From Phoronis australis (lineage: Eukaryota; Animalia; Phoronida): a DNA stretch of 46,441 bases. The position numbers and the translations under genes are program-made. The notes under the pieces were generated by a model that saw only the letters and a list, made by a program, of their open reading frames with translations, searched no databases and was not told where the DNA came from. The stretch spans positions 1 to 46,441 of the forward strand of contig NMRA01000161.1 of assembly GCA_002633005.1 (NCBI GenBank), written 5' to 3'. This document shows, one piece after another, positions 1 through 11,210 of the stretch (positions are counted from its first letter, which is position 1; every line of letters begins with the position of its first letter).

Positions 1-1242
1 CAGTGCGTCGACAAGTGATCGTTAACATTGACAATTTATGATGCTTGAAAGTGGATGAAGTCTTAAAAAGTATCTGATCATATACACAGAGTCAGAGAGA
101 GACAAACGGCATAAAACATACTAACTCTCAGATTCATGATTTCCGGAAACTGAGGACATAGCACTGCTGCATTCTGGGTCCGGTGCCTAATGTCAGACTC
201 GAACTCGAAGTGAGACTCGAAAATTTCTACTCGAAATCTGTCTCAGTCGAGTCAAACCCGAAATCGCGTGCCTAATGTTAATTTTCGATTCGACTGGAAG
301 TCGAGTTTACTTGAGAAATCGTTCTCGAGTTACACTGTACTAAGGAACTCTCCTGTGTTGTGAATTAAATAGAAAATAAAATTTCTGCGAGAAATTCAGC
401 CTCTACTGCGTGATCGTCTGCTTTTGAGTGGAAAAGTCACAGACAGCAGCCAAAAATGTAAGTATTTGAGTGATATTACATACAATGAGTTCAATATATA
501 AGCAGCGAAACCGTTAACACTGAATCATAATCCTATAGTGCGTCAGTGGGGTGTTGGTGAAAAGTTATCAACAGAAACCAACGCACAACAACCCTTTTGT
601 TGCCAAATTACGGAAAAGTGTACGATTTTAAACCCAAAACCCACTGTTATTTTGACCAGCGTTCGGTCAGCGTCCCATATCTTCTGCTCAAAGCTTCGCT
701 TTGAACTTCTCAGTTAACTAGCTTCGCTATAGGCGTCGCCAAGTACTGCTGTTGTCATGTATTCTATACTAGGCCTATATCGAAAGGTTTGAAATTACAT
801 TGCTGCTTCCGTCGACGCTTTTGCGTTATGCAACATTAAACTGCTTTTGTATAAAAAGACATCTAAATTGATAAAATTCATAAACCTTCGTTTAATAGCA
901 CTTAGCGAAAACTACAAAAGCACTTATTGCGTCGTTTAGAACAATGCATAAATCGATTATCTGAAAATTCAATTGATTTCGATTATCCATTTCAAGGTTA
1001 ATATCTTTCCAAATATATACATATTTTTGTGGGGTTCGTAACACGTTACAAACTCAGGAAAAATGTGCTATGTTGCCATGGTTTTAAATGCAACATCGTG
1101 GAAAATGGACTCGTTCAGGTTATATTTACAATATTCATTTTAGAGACGAGGACGTTATGCGAATCTTCGTGTTTTTACGTAAGAAGTAGCTGAATCAAAA
1201 ATTTATTAGAATGAATATCACGGATTACTATTGTCTTTTAGC

Positions 1243-2607
1243 ATGAAAACCATAAGAGCTATCGCCTCTACCAAAAGACGTTTTTGGACAACAGAAGAAG
1301 AAACTGCTCTCATAGAAAAAGTCATGACCATGGAAACCACCGAGGTCTGGGTGGTATAAAATCCTCGGCCAAGAAAATGGCGGGATGGGACATGGTGGCA
1401 AAATTCATAAGCAGGTGAGTTTCATTGCGCACAGTGCGAAATACACATTAGTGAACATGATATTTATAGTTTCATGAATGACACTGTTAATTTCAGTTTT
1501 TCCAGAGTTTGATTTACTGTATTCCTTTAGTTTCAGCCAGTTCACGACCAAAAGGTCTACTGACGAGTGTAAGAAAAAAATTCAGAACTTAAAGCAAAGA
1601 TGTAAGCTTTTTTGTAACAAGATAATTGCTGGCTGATTTTCTGTTACGGTTAATAATTAAGTAAAAATGTGAACGCCTATCTGAAAGTCGGATTGTATTT
1701 TTTGTGTCGTATCTAACTTTATTTGGTATACATAATGTTAATGCATTTCATAAATTCCTAGTTATACTTCACAATATTGACTCCCACTCCCTTCCGTTAA
1801 CACTAAATGTACTTCCATGTACTCCATGTTTAGGGGGGAGGCCAGTGCTGTAGTGCCGCCGGTTTCTAGGACGTAAATGTGAATCATGGATTGAGACACT
1901 CCAGCGCAGATTATTCATATAATATGAATTAACTATCCTTCGTTTCATTCATCCTACAGCTAAATAAAAAAATTATGAAATTAAGAAGAGTGCCGAAAAG
2001 ACTGGCGGTGGACCACATGCCAAAGGCTTGGATGCCAGAGACGAGGTCATTTTGGCTCACTTCGATGCAAGGGTCGAAGTCTCCGGCATCCTGGGAAGCT
2101 TGGAAACAGATGGTGAGTGGTTTTGTTCTGCGCAGAATGCATGTTATTGTTTACACAGTGGCAGATCTACGTTTTCAGTGGAGGCGGAGGGAGACGGATT
2201 CGCGTGAACCCGTGGCGCATAACACCGAGCGTAAGGAAGGTCGGGAGGGGGTTTCCCTCCTCCCGTGTAAGATTTTTTTTTGATTTTAGTTGAACTCCTT
2301 GAACCCCCCCCAACCGTAGATCCGCCTCTGGAAACTTTACATCTACGTGTTGGGTTTTCTATTTTCCAGATCTTGGCATGGCTGACCACAACGGGGATGG
2401 TGGAAAAGGTAATGCGACTTTTGGCAGCCACTAATAAATTAGTTAGTTTCCAAAATGTTGACATTCTTGTAATGTTGTGACCGTTCGCTATGCTGAAACT
2501 GCTTGAAAGATGAACGATTACCTTTTAATCTTCAAGACAGTGACGAAGATGAGAACATAGAGCCGGTGATCAGCCAGAAAAGAAGTAATGAGGCATCGGA
2601 GGCATAA
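1243..2607 (+). pseudogene. Harbinger Myb/SANT-like (trihelix, NAIF1/MSANTD-type) DNA-binding protein pseudogene, 5 exons
   Basis: GT-AG exons in compatible phase: 1243-1414, 1537-1601, 1960-2112, 2370-2408, 2537-2607. They splice to MKTIRAIASTKRRFWTTEEETALIEKV..(frameshift)..KKMAGWDMVAKFISSQFTTKRSTDECKKKIQNLKQRSK*KNYEIKKSAEKTGGGP...VSGILGSLETD...SEA*. The WTxEE, W, RSxxExKKK and KTGGGP motifs are typical. Lesions are a frameshift near 1330 and an in-frame TAA at 1965-1967. Confidence 0.85.
2156..2330. mobile_element. hAT-like MITE in intron 3 of the Myb-like gene
   Basis: TIRs CAGTGGCAGATCTAC ... GTAGATCCGCCTCTG with G/C-run subtermini. No matching TSD visible. Confidence 0.65.
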
Positions 2608-3109
2608 GGTATACATGTACAACTGAAGGAAAATAAAATTCTCACGTCATTCAGTACATTATGAAAGACTCAAAACACCCTTTTCATACCAAAAATATTG
2701 GTGCACCAACCACCTCATCTTCTCGACTGGCTCTGCTACACATGAATAATCTATCATTTATTCAATTTCATAGCACAGCTGTGGGATTTCCCCAAATAAA
2801 GAACTACTTAAAACTTTATGAAAGTTTTCTTGGCTAGTAGGGTTAGAGTTTTCTTGTGCCAAAAATATTTACTAGTTTGGATTTTCTTACATTCATAAAA
2901 TGAATGATAGCATCTGAGAGAGATCTAAACTAAATGTAAGTCCCATAGATGTAAACGATTCTCTTGGTTCTATTAAGTTATATAAAAGTGTTCAAACAAT
3001 AACTTGTCATAACATTATGAACTTTAAACAAGTGTATACAGAAAAGGAATAGTGAGACTGCTCCAAAGGTGAACGGATAAGTGGTTCTACAGAAGCACAT
3101 TGGATTTAC

Positions 3110-5092
3110 CTGGACATTAACACTATGGAACATCTTTCGGTTCACAAAGACATGTGAATTCGCCTCTGCCGGTTTCTGAATTTTGATGGGAGTACAGTCT
3201 ATGGCACCGAACACGTTCGGGAAACCTGCGATGAAATCGAAATAAAAATGTCATCAACGATGAATGTACAAATCATGAGTGTTATATCAAAGTCACTAAA
3301 GGTGAAATGATCACGAGATAATAGCACTGTATGAAACACAAACCAAGCACACATTTTTTAAATTAAACTGCATGTTATGATTAAAAAATGCTACATCATA
3401 ACCATTACTAGAGAGCTTCTGCTACACGTACAACACGAATGATAGGGCCAACCTGCAAAATTGATTGATTGATTTGAAAAGAACATTGTGTCAATTATTG
3501 TACTCTGAGTGCCAGTTTCTCAGAATTCCGATATGTTACAATGTCTCAGCGAAGTAGCAATATAGTGGGCGGTGGAGTTTGTCAGCTGCTACCGCCAGCT
3601 ACTGGGTGCCAGCTAGAAGACTGAGAGAGTTGTGGGAAACAGTACACTGCATGATGTCGAATGGAGGTGTCGAAGAATTGTTATGCATGGCAACCGGTAA
3701 GAGGGGGTCCGACCAGTAATGGAGGTGACATCATTTTATTATGCCCCGCAAAGCTATCTAAAAATTAAAGTCCTAAGTTGTCGTCTTTTCTGATACCAAA
3801 AGTGACTTTGACGAGAATTGAAAAAGAAAGTGTGACTCCTGTTTGTTGTATTTCTCATCAAAGTATTTCTCTCTGTTCTTTTCATTAAACATTGCCTTTT
3901 TCTGTGCCACCCATGATTATTGCCGCCTGTTGTGGCTGTGAAAATATTCTATGAACAACATTACAACTCGACGAGAGACACACGATAGTGCCTTATCGTA
4001 GATCAGAACAGAAGCCATGTTTCAAACACTGAACCGAATAAGGCAAATGCACTAAGTGACATCGTCTCATAGTTGAATTAACTTTTTTAAAATTAAAAGG
4101 GGCACATTTAACGAACTTTCTCGATAAATTGACAACAAAACTCTTGATGACGAAGCTGCCCACGTTGTCCGGGGATTGCAAAGGCTGAGCGCGGAAATGT
4201 AGGTCTGCAGTGCGTGAACTTGTAATCCTGCTTTATCTTAAGATCGCGTATGCGTGAACTTGGAATTGAATATTCTTTTAGGCAAAAAGGTGAAATTCTT
4301 GTTCGATGAAAAGAAGTCTTGTAATTATTGGCCTCGCATTCTACCATTTTCTCCTTTACCGTAACTTGTGTCGCTGAACCGGAGGAATATGTGAATGGCT
4401 AAATCGCGCCCGTAGTTGAAAAGGTTGGTTAAAATTGACATTGTTTTATTGTAACTTGATTTAGTGCAGTGCAAATTTTTATGAACATGAACTTAATTAT
4501 TAGAGTGACCTTGTCAAGTTGCCCCGCGTATTCCGAGTTCACGCAACACTTACTTCCGCTTAATCTTGAGATTAAGCAGGATTCCAAGTTCATGTTCAGC
4601 AGGTCAACTTATAAACAAACAACGACGCCCTCAAGCGTTAGCGTTCATGTTTAACGTTTGGCCGAAGATCCATTCTCAGTGAATAACAATTAAGAAATGA
4701 TCCATATTTACCCGACAACTCAGAAAACCGGGACTTGGTTATCCTTGCGTTATCTCCCGTTGGAAATGTCACAAAGTGGCCGGCGGTCTTTATCAGCGAA
4801 CAGCAAGCTTGCCGGATTGCTCGTCCCACGGACGATTTGCCGAACATCAGAGATTCGGCCCCGACAGGGTGTAGTGAGAGCCTGAGGCGAGGAAGCGGAG
4901 GGTCAGGAGGAGTTTGTAAAGTGGTGGCAATGACGTGTTGCTGTGATATTGGTTCAGATTGATTAGATTTAAAATAAAAACTATGGTGTTGGGGAGGAAG
5001 CTGTGTCGTCGAAATACTTCCTCGCTACTCAGGCTCTCTAACGGGTTTTGTCTGTCTGGAAGTGGTCTTCGCCCTATGATCGCAGCTGCCCC
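3110..5092 (-). pseudogene. HARBI1-like Harbinger DDE transposase pseudogene (N-terminal part)
   Basis: Exon ~5092-4712 reads ..DRQNPLESLSSEEVFRRHSFLPNTIVFIL..LPPLYKLLLTLRFLASGSHYTL(frameshift)..GKSSVGRAIRQACCSLIKTAGHFVTFPTGDNARITKSRFSELSG. A phase-1 GT-AG intron joins it to exon 3225-3110, FPNVFGAIDCTPIKIQKP..FVNRKMFHSVNVQ, where GAIDCT carries the first catalytic D. The start codon is lost and the downstream GSxHD/GDSGY/E motifs were not found. Confidence 0.9.
4202..4605. mobile_element. Degenerate MITE-like inverted-repeat element in the transposase intron
   Basis: TGAACTTGTAATCCTGCTTTATCTTAAGAT (~4215-4244) is the near reverse complement of ATCTTGAGATTAAGCAGGATTCCAAGTTCA (~4563-4592). 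A second pair is GCGTGAACTTGGAAT / ATTCCGAGTTCACGC. No TSD. Confidence 0.55.
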
Positions 5093-5813
5093 TTTTCTTG
5101 CTCTTTCCTAAATATTGCCTACTGTCTGCCATTTTTATTTTCGAGTGCAATTTCAAGTACGCTGACATTAGGCACGCCTATATTGATGTTGGACTCCAGT
5201 CGAGTAGAAAATAAGATTTCGAGTCTGAGTTCGAGTCTCACATTAGGCACCGGACCCAGGTCTCTGTTATCGAGGTCTTGCACTGGTGGCCCTCCTGCAG
5301 TTTTTTGCACTTTTCCGTGCAGCATCCAACTTTTCCTTGGCTATTCAAGGGAAGCAAAAAACGTGTTATAAAGAGGTGATCCTTTTTATAGAGAGAGGAG
5401 GCATTTTTCGAAGAAGTCTGAAATTATTATTATCAATTATCACACAGTTAACCTTTCATTTTATCTATACTGTCGGTAGTTGTTGGCAAACAATTCATTC
5501 ATCCTTTCCATGGGATGTTATATTGAATTCCATAAATAACAGAATTTTTCATTACGTTCAATTACTTTTCTGATTTTTTAATGAAACAATACCAAATGGC
5601 GAGAAATATTTTTTGCCATTATTAGTCAAGCGAACAGTGACAAACACAACACAAAGCAACAAAATACAAAATCAAAATATGGTATTTGTGAGTAAAGTTT
5701 CTCAACTACCTACATCTTTGCTTTACATTGAAATATATCTTTCTGCATTCCTCTGCACTTCGCTTCATGCTACCCTGGTTAAAAAAGTAATTAAGCTTTT
5801 CACGAACGGAAAG

Positions 5814-7288
5814 CAGAGGCGGATTTAAGGGGGAGGAGGGCAAACAGCATAGCGCCCATACAATTGAATGAGCTATTAATAAAATCGGCATGGCCACTGA
5901 TAACATTGGCATATGAGACCCCGAAATAACGACATGGCCTGGTTATACAAATTATCCAAAACACTGACATCAAAGATAAAAAACGCTGACAAGCACATTT
6001 ACTGGCCAGTTGGAGGGCGAGAGCTTATAATAGGCATGATTCCCTCCTGCTATTGCTTCTAATAACTTCCATGTTAGTCAGCCCCACGGGGTGCTCGCTA
6101 AACTGAAGCGCAATTGGTGGCAAATTGTGAATTGACGGACGTGAAAGGGAATTTGAGTTTGCGAACTGAATAAATCCTTGCTTACTTCAATTGTTCGAGT
6201 TCAAGTCGCACTCATATTTCGACTCAGACGTTCACAGGATCCTGAGTGACACTCGATCGTGCGATTTTTGAGANAGTGGAGTTGGAATTCTTCGCCAAAG
6301 TCACCTGGATTCCCGTATATATGCTTCATCGAAGATATGTTTAGAAGCAGAAAGAGTCACTGAAGAAAGTAAGAGCCTTTTAGGTGGTAATTTTAGGTGT
6401 AGAATGTGTTTTTGAGAAGGTGAAAAATCAGTGCGGATTTCGCCTACCGCCCGTTTAAAATACACGGGACGAAATTAGTACAGAACGCGATAGAACGTAT
6501 TGTAGTGCGAATCTGAAGTTCATTTGCCATAACAGCAATGCTTTTTGGACATTTTTCGAACTAAACGGCTAAAAACTCGAAGACAATAACAGAATACACT
6601 CTGCTACCGTATTGGGCAAATGACCAAACGACAAGATTTTGCCCCACTTCCCGTGACGTCACAGTTAAGTCTCACATAATCTCGCGTTATTGTTATAAAC
6701 TCGCAAAAGGCCTATTGTTCGAGTTCAAGTCGCACTCATATTTCGACTCAGACGTTCACAGGATCCTGAGTGACACTCGATCGTGCGATTTTTGAGATGA
6801 GTAGTAAGATAACTTGTGGATCATGGGTATTTCATTATGCTACGTAACCACAAAAATATTTCAAAAAGAATCTTTACATGTGTACCTTCCCAGGGTGTAC
6901 GTTGTTTATATTCAGCATGGCCTATTTTCTGTACATGGCTCTAGCTTCAATTGAAAAACGAAAACTCATTAATCTGATAGGTCCGGGTGCTCAAAAGTAC
7001 AGCATTCGAATTCGAAGCCGGTGGAAGTATTTTTTACTAAATCGTAATTACAGCTTCTTTCTCACAAAACACAATTAGTGTGTAAGTTCACAAATTAAAT
7101 GCAAATATGAATCGTTTTAACCTGGAATATTCTTTCGCTTTAGTAGTACATGTATTTCATCAATGGCCACGATCTTGCATTTTGGGGTGTACTGACTTAA
7201 TGGCTGCCAGAAAAACTTAGATCTTTGCACAGTCATGGCTAAACCATACACAGGTACACTATAACTCAAAATGTTGGATCCGCTCCTG
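5814..7288. mobile_element. hAT-like element (CAGAGGCGGAT...ATCCGCTCCTG) with apparent 5-bp TSD GAAAG
   Basis: Imperfect TIRs, with GAAAG at 5809-5813 and 7289-7293. An alternative right end (TAAATCAGCCACTG, ending 7858) also matches the left TIR, so the pairing is ambiguous. Confidence 0.45.
6190..6797. repeat. 84-bp direct duplication (6190-6273 / 6714-6797) across a single-N join, with a transposon right end between
   Basis: Identical ATTGTTCGAG...TTTTGAGA copies and an N at 6274. The intervening 6275-6713 segment ends in CGCAAAAGGCCT followed by AT. Confidence 0.85.
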
Positions 7289-8377
7289 GAAAGCACAATG
7301 AATTAAATAATTAAACCAACAAAAATACCGTAAGCTGTTGAATAAATTTGCAGGCGTATACAAATACCCACCTACTCATATACCCTTACCAAGATGTAGA
7401 TGACTTTGTACCACATCCTTTGTCATCTCTGAATAATGCATCTTCATGAGAAAGGACTTTTTCTAGAAGCAAAACTTCTTCCCCTTTCCATTATTTTCTT
7501 TTTGCATGACTTCGCTGGTAGATTGACGAAACTGGACATGACACCCACTTTTTGGTGGTGCATATCTCGGGCACTCGCTGGGGTAGAAACCTAAAATTTG
7601 GCACGTGTTCATTTTTGTGTTTTTTGTGAAATTCTTGTTCAATTATGGTGATGAATTGCTTTTGTTGGATTTTGTACGCAGCCGGTAAGTTTATTTTTGC
7701 CGTGGGTAGTACCCCGTTTTGGGATATTTTGTTAGGGCCGTGACATTTTATGGAACCATCATGACAATACTTGTTGTAACCATGCCAATTTTAGGAGTAA
7801 ATGTGTCAAGTTTAGGAGAGCATGGACCCCTTTCAACCACTGGCTAAATCAGCCACTGACAGTGAGATTGTACTTGTTCAGTCAAGTGACCTAATCATCG
7901 GACGTTTTATCACGTTTTGCGTTATATTTAATTGATAATACTATGGACGGTTGTAAATTATTTGCTGAAATAAAGACTTACCTTTACGAAATTGTTCTGT
8001 TACGATATCGTGTCACCGAAAGCCACATTTATGTTCTAATTGATCTTTAAAAAACACAACTAGCAAACCCTCGGAGAACCTAAATATCGGACACCATGTT
8101 TCCCCATACGCCACACCGCGGAAAACTGACTAATCAAGTAATGGCCGCGGGCACCTTGTTGCCAAATTTCAGCTCGAGTGTTTTGACATACATGCTGCTA
8201 GAACACAGCTCCTTTCGCAACAAAGTTATCCATAAAATGAAATCTGATGACGACCCAAGTCGTTTCGATAATTCAGTGCAGACGACTAAAGCACGTGCAA
8301 AGTCAGTCTAGTTTTTAGTATCTCTTTGCGTTCTTGATATGACACCCGCGCGTGCGCAGCCGGGGTTTAACGTCCTG

Positions 8378-8619
8378 GGGCCCGTTCCAGCAAAACTGAC
8401 TTAGCTAAAACAAATCTTAAATTTTATTAAATTTTAAAGTAAAAGTTGAATTTGTCTCAAAACCAATTCAATAAAGAGATCTTAAGTATGACTTAAGTGT
8501 TTGACATAATTTTTGTCTTAATTTTGACTAACTTTCCAAATGTGGAAATTTCAAAGTTTGTAAGTTAAAACTTAAACTTACGTCAAAACCAACTTAAGTC
8601 AGTTTCTTGGAACAGGCTC
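8378..8619. mobile_element. Harbinger/Tourist-type MITE with CTG TSD
   Basis: TIRs GGGCCCGTTCCAGCAAAACTGACTTAG ... CTTAAGTCAGTTTCTTGGAACAGGCTC. CTG on both sides (8375-8377, 8620-8622), followed by GTCTC as at the large Harbinger's right flank. AT-rich interior with ACTTAA motifs. Confidence 0.88.
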
Positions 8620-11210
8620 CTGGTCTCAAAATGCCGTTGTGGTTCCAGTATCCGAAAATACTTACTACATAAAATCTTATTTTCGACACCCTTTCTTAAT
8701 ATTCTTTTCGCCTTTCTTGCCAAAAGCGATTTTTAACAGTATTTGACCCTTCTCTGTGAGCGTATAATTACCGGCTGTCATCGGTTACATTTCCGGCTCA
8801 TCAGTTCAGGAGGCTTATCCTGAACGCCGCCATTTTTTCCTTGTAACTGAGTATGCTATCGGTTGCTCGAAAAGTCTTCATTATTACTTGTTTTGTTTTA
8901 TTAGTAATATCTCGTAATTCCTTTTGTGTGTAGTGTATTTATAGTTTGTAGTTAGTGGTCGTTGAATTTTTTGGAATGTTACGCGTACTTATTATGTTAA
9001 AATAGCATTGGTGTTTAGTTCCTTACGTAGGGCGGTCGAACCTAGGAACCAATATTTTTCCTCGTTTTGAAAAAGTGCTTTGCTATCATCGGAAAGTAGT
9101 GCATTCTACTCAGTAAATATCGAAAAAATATCAAAATCGGGGCAAGCACTGTAAAGTTATTGCAATTTTTGTGACGAAATTTGGGTCACTTTGTTTGGAT
9201 CGGCCATATTGGAGGACAGCGGGACAAGTTACGAATTTAAAACTTTGTGTAAATTGTTTTCGCCAACAATTTACGGTGCTCACAATTCCCGTTGGACTTC
9301 GTCTCATTTCTGGCTGCACCGACAACATGGCGACTTTTGCTGAACTGAAAGGCATATTCAATCTGTTACTTTGTAACTTCTGAAGATTTAACGTAGATAC
9401 ATTTTGACAAACGTTGCTACAAAAAGGAACTTTGTTCAATTTCCGTGTTTTGTTTCAAGTCAACAGTACGGTTAATCTTGATTTGAGAAGACGCAAGTCT
9501 TTGTGAAATATCGCCATGTTTTACCAGCAAAACACATGGTCGCACTTGCTTTGCTCGCGTGTGTCCACGCAACGCTTAATGATTGCTAGAAAACGTGATT
9601 CCGCTAACAATATGGCTCTTTTTGTTAACGTTGATAAATTTCTATTTCTTAACGATATCGTTTGCTTAAACTGACACATCTTAGAATACCTCCTTTGTGC
9701 ACCATCTAAATAACATGTAATCCCTACTGTTGGCAAGATAGTGTACAACAGTATCGTACGTATATACTTTCTGGTCACAGCACTTGTTTTTTGCTTTCAG
9801 GAACTCTATGCTCACGGTTGTATTATACAAACATGGCTGATGTCAAATAACAGCCTGCAAAGCAATATAAGTCAATCTGATCAGAAAACACTTAGGAAAC
9901 ATTAGTTTTGCCTAATTGTACTTAGTAGTACGGGGGTGATAGTCTAGGAGTGGACTATCACATTTCGAGCGCCTGCAGATTTTGGCAATTAATGCCTTAT
10001 TTCACTGCCTTGGTTTGTACAATGACGCCAGCCTCTCTGTTGCCATAAAACACCATTAGTAGGAACATCGCCATAAGTGATAGATAATTGACTTTCGTTT
10101 ATGAGCATCGACATATGCTTTCCTGCGTCGCCCCCAATGTTTTTTCGAATCCCTAAAGTAAGAAATAAAGGCAACGAGGTAGCAACTGTGTTCGAAGCAC
10201 TCACAGTCATGCCAAGAATTGTACAATGCCACTTGGCTTACCTCAAAATCTAACTGCTGCCTGGTGATTTGAAAATTGGACCAATTATGTTGCACACTCA
10301 GCAGAATTAACGAGGAAGACATTACTACAACATTAAACAAACGTTTTAAGCTCTAAAAGTGACATTTCTTATCCAATTTCCAAAATTCAAAAACCTAATC
10401 AGAAGTACTTTTCACGAACTATTCAAATATGCTATCTACAAACTTCCAAAGCAAAAATTAAAACATACTATTGTCGCCTCCAATGTGTTTATTACGGTCT
10501 CCTTATCTAGAGGACGATAACATCAGCAGCCTGAGGCATGGTGTCTTTGATCTGAACCAGGAGATTTTGTGGTGAGGTGTCAACGTAGGTGCCACTTAAA
10601 AGGCTTAAGCATTACAGGCTGAACTTTGGTGTCAGGTAGACCAGCTTCCCAATGTCTTACCATAAATATTTAACTGTTAAATAATAGTTTAAACTTCCAA
10701 ACATGCCATTCCACAACAACGTTAGATAACAAGATAAAACATGGCGCAACCCGATTTCATCGACGTGTTGTTATTTTGTGTTCCGCTCCGGCATGAATTT
10801 TGGTTTTCTGTTGGAGCACACGATATCCAAGCCAGTTAGCTCTTGGTGGAAATTACAAAATTTGTAGCATCAATCTTGGGACTTTTGTAATAAGCTAATC
10901 GTCGTACCTGAACACGAAGACCAATATTCCAAGACACGAGTTGAACTTGTGGCTACACGTACCAGATTCGAGTTCACGTTTGTAAACTCGATTTTCAATC
11001 CAACGAGTGAAATTTTTGTTTGTAACAAGCAAATTTTCGGGTTGTAAGGTCTTGACGGAAATTCTGCTGCTAGGAAGCCTCTGTAATTATCAAACGTGCC
11101 CATTATTTCCCTACGTGCCTGTATGTAAAGTTATGTCTTTATCCAAATTCATGGAATTCCGAGCACGTCAGTTTTTAACGCGTACGCGTTTTACACGCTA
11201 GCGCATTAAT

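Larger units (their letters stand above)
177..5256. mobile_element. Decayed PIF/Harbinger DNA transposon (Myb-like gene plus transposase, convergent)
   Basis: Terminal inverted repeats GGTCCGGTGCCTAATGT(C/G)AGACTCGAACTC start at 177 and end at 5256. Flanks are CTG (174-176) and CAG (5257-5259), i.e. CWG. The interior holds a Myb/SANT-like gene on + and a HARBI1-like transposase on -, the canonical two-gene Harbinger layout. Confidence 0.92.

Noticed and set aside
1975-2283. 102-aa ORF as a gene
   Set aside because: It is the wrong frame of Myb exon 3 and runs on into an intron and a MITE.
2660-2740. Minus-strand EKMRWLVHQYF as the transposase C-terminus
   Set aside because: The position fits, but it is too short and has no diagnostic motif.
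5048-5371. Overlapping ORFs at the Harbinger right end
   Set aside because: They translate TIR and flank sequence with no protein-like features.
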